DNA of 64,000 nt, from positions 48,903 to 112,902 of the forward strand of contig CASFZN010000020.1 of assembly GCA_949299195.1 (NCBI GenBank), given 5' to 3'. The notes under the pieces were generated by a model. The model ran no database searches. It was not told the DNA's origin and saw only the letters and a program-made list of their open reading frames with translations. Of the stretch, positions 58,338 through 64,000 are shown piece by piece; position 1 is the first letter of the stretch; every line of letters starts with the position of its first letter. A program made the translations under genes and the position numbers. The stretch comes from an uncultured bacterium (GTDB lineage Bacteria; Bacillota_I; Bacilli_A; RFN20; CAG-826).

Positions 58338-61115
58338 ATGAAAAGATTAGTTGGATATATAAGCGTAGTGCTTTCTATGTTTCTTGCATTACTAGTTGGT
58401 CTTGTGCCAGCTTTAAAAGGCGTTGATGCAACTGGTGATTATGAATCGATGCATCAATATGTTTATAAAATTAGTGAAAAAAGTTATGACATTTCTAGCG
58501 GTGGAACTAGTGATGATGGAAATATCAGCGAAGATGAAAAGAAGTCACGCTTAGATGATACTGTTGAAATCTTTAAAAATAGATTAGATTTAGCAAATAT
58601 TAGTGACTATTCTTTAGAAACAAGTGGTTTAGATACCATTAAAGTTTCTTTTAAAGTCGATAACTCATTATATGATGATGTTGCTTCTTATTTAAATTTC
58701 TCATGGTCGTTTATGGCTTCAACTTATACTGGTGACCCAGCTGTAGGTCAAGAAGCTGCTCAAATCGCATCAAATAGTGGAAACGATAATTTCTTCGATA
58801 CTGGCAATGCTAGAATTGAATATCGTGATAACTATCCTTATGTTGTTATACCTTTAAAAGATCCAGAAGCTTTCAAACAAGTATTTGTTGCAGCGAGAGA
58901 TGCTGAAGCTCCAAGCGATCCTTCAACCGAAGATGATTCAAGTGAAGATTCTACCGAAGAAGAAACAACCGCAAATGAAAATAAAATATTCATTTTAAAC
59001 GACTGGGTAACTGGTTTATCAATTGAATCTTTATTAAGCGAAACCGGTAACGAGTTTGTTCAAGATAAAGAAGTAAAAGAACATATTTTATTTGAATTTG
59101 ATGCTACAAATCCTTCTTCATTCTATTGGGATTATGATTCAACCCTTTCAACCGATGATCAAAATAATGCTGTTTATGAAGAAATTTATTTTGGTGGTTA
59201 TAATCTTTTAGATTCTTCTAGTGAAAAATCTTATTATGGTTCAACTGAAACCGATAGAGTCTTAGCTTATCAAAAAGCTAGTATCTGGCTTGGAAAATTT
59301 AATAGTGAAAACTTAGATTATCAAGTTACATTAATTAATGTTAATGGTGATAATAATACTTCAACAATCATTCCCCCATTTTATGATTATTTAGTCTTTA
59401 TGAATGAAATAAATTGGAGTAATGGCTTATTTGTTGGAACTTTAATCGCAACAATTGTTGTTTCGCTCTTCTTAATTTTAAATTATGGATTAAATGGAGT
59501 GAGCGCTATTTTAAATGCAGTTGCAATATTTATCTCTTCGATTGGATTATTTAATGCCTTTGGTAGTGAATTTAATATCGGAGCAATCTTAGGATTAATT
59601 TCTGTTGTTGCAATTTCATTATTCTCATCTACCGTATATTTTAAAAAGATTAAAGATGAAGCATATTTAGGTAAAAATTTAAGAAAAGCATATCAAGATG
59701 GTTCTAAAAAAGCTTTAGTTCCTCAAGTTGATATTAGCGTAGTTACCATTATTTTAGGTATTACCGCTTACTTAATTCCTAACTCAATTATGATTTCATT
59801 TGGTTCCTTATTAATTATTGGATCAATTATCAATATCTTACTTAGTGGCATCTTATTAAGAGCTCTTACTTGGTTATTATTTAATTCTAGTGTCGTTTTA
59901 AATAAACCAGGACTTGTTCAAATTGAAAGAAAATATATGCCTAATCTTTCTAAGGATGAAAAACCTAGATATTTTGAACAATTTAATAAAAAAGCTTCAC
60001 CAAAATTTAAGAAAACTAGCTTGATTGTCGCAAGTGTCATGCTTCTTGCTTCAGTTATTGGACTTACAACTTTCCAACTCGTAAGAGGAAATATTTATAA
60101 CGATACTTCTTCAACAAGTGGTAGTGAAATAGTTGTTAGAATTGATCAAAATAACGTCTATGAAGATGACTCATTAGAAATTCAAAATTATAGCGATTTA
60201 ATCGAAGGAGTTTTCGAAGATAGATTATATTCTGATCAAGAAAATTTATTAGTTGATAATCCTACTGTTTCAAATTATAACTATCAATATAAATTCAATA
60301 ACGTTATTAATAAGGAATATTATTTTGTTGTTGATTTAGATGGAAATTACGATTCTTCTACCTCTGTTTATTATTTAGATAATAACGGAAATATGGTTAA
60401 TTCTACCTTAGAAGAAGCGGTCAACGTCTTAGTTATGAACGTTGTTCCTGCTAATAAGATTGATGTTAATATTGTAGAAAACGTTAATAATGATTCTAAT
60501 AACTATTACGCTTTAATCTTTGCTTCAATAGGAATTGCAATCTCTTCAATTTATATGTTATTTAGATTCAATTTTTCAAAAACAATTACTTCAATCTTAG
60601 TAATTGGAGGCGCTTTAACTATAACTGTTGGAATCTTCTCTCTTATTAATGGACCATTTGTTTCAACCATTACTTTAGGAATTTTATTCTTAACCTTAAT
60701 TGGTTATATGATGGAAATTATCTATTTCACAAAAGAAAAAGAAGTCTATAGTGAAAAACGTAAAGAATTACAAGATTTAGCTTTAAGACGTGATACCTAT
60801 GAAGTAAGTGGTAATAATTATTATAATTATTTACTTAATACAACACTTTTAACTTCATTTATTATAATTTCAATGTTCTTTGCTCCTTCAATTGATCACT
60901 ATTTATTAATTCTTATTCTTGTAGGTATGGTTATTTTAATCTTAGCTGGTAAATGTTTATCACTTCCAATTGAATCTTACTTTACTTCAATCTTTAATAA
61001 ATTAAAGTTAAGTATTAACGCAAAAATGGAAAAGCATAACCAAAAATCCAAGAAAAAAGATAAGAAAAATGATGATGGTCCTGAAGAAGCAATATTTGTA
61101 GGAATTAATGATTAA
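58338..61115 (+). CDS. secDF: Divergent fused SecDF-like translocase accessory protein
   Basis: RND-type 1+5+1+5 TM layout with large acidic outer loops; KKIKDEAYLGKNLRKAYQDG aligns with SecD ERIKEE..GK; sits at the usual ruvAB-secDF-recJ-relA position. Confidence 0.75.
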   Translation: MKRLVGYISVVLSMFLALLVGLVPALKGVDATGDYESMHQYVYKISEKSYDISSGGTSDDGNISEDEKKSRLDDTVEIFKNRLDLANISDYSLETSGLDTIKVSFKVDNSLYDDVASYLNFSWSFMASTYTGDPAVGQEAAQIASNSGNDNFFDTGNARIEYRDNYPYVVIPLKDPEAFKQVFVAARDAEAPSDPSTEDDSSEDSTEEETTANENKIFILNDWVTGLSIESLLSETGNEFVQDKEVKEHILFEFDATNPSSFYWDYDSTLSTDDQNNAVYEEIYFGGYNLLDSSSEKSYYGSTETDRVLAYQKASIWLGKFNSENLDYQVTLINVNGDNNTSTIIPPFYDYLVFMNEINWSNGLFVGTLIATIVVSLFLILNYGLNGVSAILNAVAIFISSIGLFNAFGSEFNIGAILGLISVVAISLFSSTVYFKKIKDEAYLGKNLRKAYQDGSKKALVPQVDISVVTIILGITAYLIPNSIMISFGSLLIIGSIINILLSGILLRALTWLLFNSSVVLNKPGLVQIERKYMPNLSKDEKPRYFEQFNKKASPKFKKTSLIVASVMLLASVIGLTTFQLVRGNIYNDTSSTSGSEIVVRIDQNNVYEDDSLEIQNYSDLIEGVFEDRLYSDQENLLVDNPTVSNYNYQYKFNNVINKEYYFVVDLDGNYDSSTSVYYLDNNGNMVNSTLEEAVNVLVMNVVPANKIDVNIVENVNNDSNNYYALIFASIGIAISSIYMLFRFNFSKTITSILVIGGALTITVGIFSLINGPFVSTITLGILFLTLIGYMMEIIYFTKEKEVYSEKRKELQDLALRRDTYEVSGNNYYNYLLNTTLLTSFIIISMFFAPSIDHYLLILILVGMVILILAGKCLSLPIESYFTSIFNKLKLSINAKMEKHNQKSKKKDKKNDDGPEEAIFVGIND

Positions 61116-61131
61116 TTAAATTTATATTGAT

Positions 61132-61169
61132 ATACCTATCAAACGAATTAGTTTGATAGGTATTTTTTT
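61132..61169 (+). terminator. Terminator after secDF
   Basis: ATACCTATCAAAC / GTTTGATAGGTAT stem followed by a T run. Confidence 0.75.
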
Positions 61170-61242
61170 AATGAATTTATATTTATAGAGTGTTAAATTA
61201 ATAATTTTTTATTATTTTTTAGTATAATAATTTTTATTAGTT

Positions 61243-62832
61243 ATGAATGAATTTTTAAGTGAATTATTAAAATATTATGAACTATCAATAAAGGAATATG
61301 ATAGGTTAACTAAATCCCCTTCAAATTCATTATTTGATTTTGTTAAAAGTAATGAATATTTTTTAAGTGCAAAAAAAGTTATTGAAGAATCGATAAAAAA
61401 TAATGAAAAAATCTTAATTTTTGGCGATTATGATTGCGATGGAATTTTAGGAACTTCAATCATTTATAATTCCTTAAAAAAGAAAGGTTATACCCCAGGA
61501 TTTTATATTCCTTTTAGAGAAAGTGATGGCTATGGAATGAGTTTAGAAAAGGCTAAATATTTTGAAAGTTTAGGCTATACTACATTCATTTTAGTTGATA
61601 ATGGGATCACTCTTTTTGAAGTAAGTGAATATATAAAAAGTAAGGATAATTTAAAATTAGTTATTATTGATCACCACTTAATCGATGAAACAAAAACTCT
61701 TAAATATGATGCTTTAATTCATTGGAAATATATTAATGAATTTAATGATACCAATATTTCAGCAGGAGCCTTAGCTTTTTTATTTAGTGTCGCTTTTTTA
61801 GATGAAATAGATACATATTTATTAGTTTTAGGAGGAATTACCATTATTTCTGATTTAATGCCAATGATTGGATTTAATAGAGAAATGGTTAAACTCGCTT
61901 TAAAAGAATTAAATAAAGAGAATAATAATTTCGATAATATTCGTTATTTAATGAGAGTTAATCGACTTGAAGATGTTAATGAAGATGATGTTGCTTTATT
62001 TTTAGTTCCTAAGGTAAATTCAATTGGAAGAATAATTAATGATAATTCCTTATTCAATATTGTTAAATATTTTAATCTCGATAGCATTGAAAAACGCGAT
62101 AAAATACGCGTTTGGATTGAAAGTGTTAATGAAAATAGAAAACAACTTTTAACTGATATTGATGAAACAAGTTTTGTTGATTTTGAATTAAAAGATCATT
62201 GTCTATTTTGTTTAACAACTTTAAAAGAAGGAATGATTGGGCTTTTAGCAAATAGACTCGTAGAAAAATATCAAAAAACCGCTTTTGTAATTTCGATTAA
62301 TGAAGAAAGTGATATTTATAAAGGGAGTGTAAGAAGTTTAAAAGGTGTTAATGCTGTTGAAAAATTAAGATTATGCAGTGAATTTTTAATTAATTTTGGA
62401 GGACATGAATCTGCTGCTGGATTTAGTTTAAATAAAGTTAATTATAATTCTTTTAAAAATCGAATTAGCGAAGTTTGTGATATTGAAAAAGGAGAAGAAA
62501 AAGAAGAATTAGAAAAGGCAATTTATATAAGAATTAAAGATATAAATTACGATAATTATGAATATATTGAGAGCTTAAGACCTTTTGGAAAAGGCTTTGA
62601 ATATCCTCGTTTGGTTTTAAAACATATCCCAACTCATTCATTAACTTTATCAAAAACAAAAGAACATATTGTTTCTAAAGTTGGATTTGATTCCTTTTTA
62701 GTTTATTTTAATTATCCTCTTGATTTATTGGAGCAAGATAGTGTCAATTTTTATGGAAAAATTATTAAAAATGTCTTTAGAAATCAAGTTTCATTCCAAT
62801 TTAAAATTTATCATTTCGAAATTGATGAATAA
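61243..62832 (+). CDS. recJ: ssDNA exonuclease RecJ (DHH/DHHA1)
   Basis: GDYDCDG, LVDNG, IIDHH, ISDLMP, GSVRS and FGGHESAAG motifs. Confidence 0.88.
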   Translation: MNEFLSELLKYYELSIKEYDRLTKSPSNSLFDFVKSNEYFLSAKKVIEESIKNNEKILIFGDYDCDGILGTSIIYNSLKKKGYTPGFYIPFRESDGYGMSLEKAKYFESLGYTTFILVDNGITLFEVSEYIKSKDNLKLVIIDHHLIDETKTLKYDALIHWKYINEFNDTNISAGALAFLFSVAFLDEIDTYLLVLGGITIISDLMPMIGFNREMVKLALKELNKENNNFDNIRYLMRVNRLEDVNEDDVALFLVPKVNSIGRIINDNSLFNIVKYFNLDSIEKRDKIRVWIESVNENRKQLLTDIDETSFVDFELKDHCLFCLTTLKEGMIGLLANRLVEKYQKTAFVISINEESDIYKGSVRSLKGVNAVEKLRLCSEFLINFGGHESAAGFSLNKVNYNSFKNRISEVCDIEKGEEKEELEKAIYIRIKDINYDNYEYIESLRPFGKGFEYPRLVLKHIPTHSLTLSKTKEHIVSKVGFDSFLVYFNYPLDLLEQDSVNFYGKIIKNVFRNQVSFQFKIYHFEIDE

Positions 62833-62873
62833 GTTAAGCAAAAAAGTTAGTTCTATATTATAATTAAGAAGTT

Positions 62874-64000
62874 ATGACTAAAAAGAAAAAAGAAGAAGTA
62901 AAACAAAACGAAACTGAAGAATTATTAAAAGAAAACGGCGCCCTTTTAACTGATGGAAGAATTGATGATGTCGAATTTTCAAAGACCGATAAAGAAGGCC
63001 ATCTTTTACCAAATGGTGGCTATCCAATGCATTCTTTTGATGATTTAAAAGCAGTTTATTCTTTATATATTCATAATGAAGCTGATCAAAAATTGATTGA
63101 AGATGCTTATAACTTTGTTTCTCAAAAACATGCTGGAATTTATCGTAAAAGTGGTGAACCTTATGTTCATCATTTGATTGAAGTTGCTTATATTGTTGCT
63201 ACTCTTCAAGGTGGACCAGTTACAATAGCTAGCGCTTTACTTCATGATGTTGTTGAAGATACTGAAGTAACTGTTCAAGATATTAAAGAGATGTTTGGTG
63301 ATGAATGTGCTAGAATTGTTGATTCTTTAACCAAAATCCAAAGATTAAAATTATCAAAACGTACTCAAGAAGAATTTGAAGCTGAAGATCATCGTAAAAT
63401 CTTTTTAGGCATGGCAAAAGATGTTCGAGTTATTATTATTAAGCTTGCCGATAGACTTCATAATTTAAGAACGATTGAAGCTTTAAAACCTGAAAGACAA
63501 CACGCAATTGCTAAAGAAACTTTAGAAGTTTTTGCTCCAATCGCTCATAGATTAGGTATTTATAGGGTTGAAAGTGAACTTGAAGATTTATCTTTAAAAA
63601 TAGAAAAACCTGAAGAATATAACGCTATTTTAAAATTGTTAAACGAGAAAATTGCTAATAGAAAAGATTCTTTAAATCAATTAAGAAAGAAAATTGCTGA
63701 TATTTTATATAAAAAAGGATTTAAATTTGAAATTCAATCCCGTGTTAAATCAGTTTTCTCAATTTATAAAAAAATGTATGTTCATAATCATAGTTTTGAT
63801 AATATCTATGACGTTTTAGCGCTTAGAGTTATCACCGAAACTGAACTTAATTGTTATGAAATTTTAGGTATTATTCACCAAAACTTTACTCCTATTCCAG
63901 GTAGATTTAAGGATTATATTGCAATGCCTAAATCTAACATGTATCAATCTTTACATACCTCAGTTATTGATGGAAATTCCAATATTTTTGAAGTTCAAAT
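62874..64000 (+). CDS. relA: (p)ppGpp synthetase/hydrolase Rel, 3'-truncated by the window edge
   Basis: Not in the ORF track. ATG 62874 opens a frame with HAGIYRKSGEPYVHH, LLHDVVEDT, IKLADRLHN, APIAHRLG, RVKS and FKDYIAMPK. Confidence 0.95.
   Translation, partial: MTKKKKEEVKQNETEELLKENGALLTDGRIDDVEFSKTDKEGHLLPNGGYPMHSFDDLKAVYSLYIHNEADQKLIEDAYNFVSQKHAGIYRKSGEPYVHHLIEVAYIVATLQGGPVTIASALLHDVVEDTEVTVQDIKEMFGDECARIVDSLTKIQRLKLSKRTQEEFEAEDHRKIFLGMAKDVRVIIIKLADRLHNLRTIEALKPERQHAIAKETLEVFAPIAHRLGIYRVESELEDLSLKIEKPEEYNAILKLLNEKIANRKDSLNQLRKKIADILYKKGFKFEIQSRVKSVFSIYKKMYVHNHSFDNIYDVLALRVITETELNCYEILGIIHQNFTPIPGRFKDYIAMPKSNMYQSLHTSVIDGNSNIFEVQ

Noticed and set aside
1-64000. Mycoplasma-type code 4 (TGA=Trp)
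   Set aside because: All long genes are complete without TGA read-through, and conserved Trp residues are TGG (or CGG).

Overview
Very AT-rich chromosomal core region of a low-GC Bacilli/Mollicutes-like bacterium. It is probably wall-less and uncultured-Bacilli-like: the dcw cluster is reduced to mraZ-rsmH-small membrane protein-ftsA-ftsZ, and Trp is mostly TGG with no TGA read-through. Gene content: ktrBA, glgB-glgP, a DUF523/ECF-S/CBS operon, T-box-led pheST, a ~14 kb maltodextrin locus (two GH13 enzymes, two GH77 paralogues, ABC importer), T-box-led ileS-lspA-rluD, rnhC, mutS2-uvrC, tig-lon-engB-valS, rplU-prp-rpmA-obgE-ruvAB, secDF-recJ and a partial relA. I saw no tRNA, rRNA, CRISPR array or mobile element. 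The strongest hidden signal is a non-standard genetic code. In-frame CGG is almost absent (5 found by manual scan), and 3 of the 5 sit on strongly conserved Trp positions (GlgB twice, MalQ once), which implies CGG is read as Trp while AGG and CGA remain Arg. Other notable points: an intact GH77 paralogue that has lost all three catalytic carboxylates, a SecDF lacking its proton-relay residues, an FtsA with degenerate ATP loops and no amphipathic tail, a MalK/MsmX with a large coiled-coil insertion, unannotated small ORFs, and a dispersed 11-bp phased intergenic repeat.
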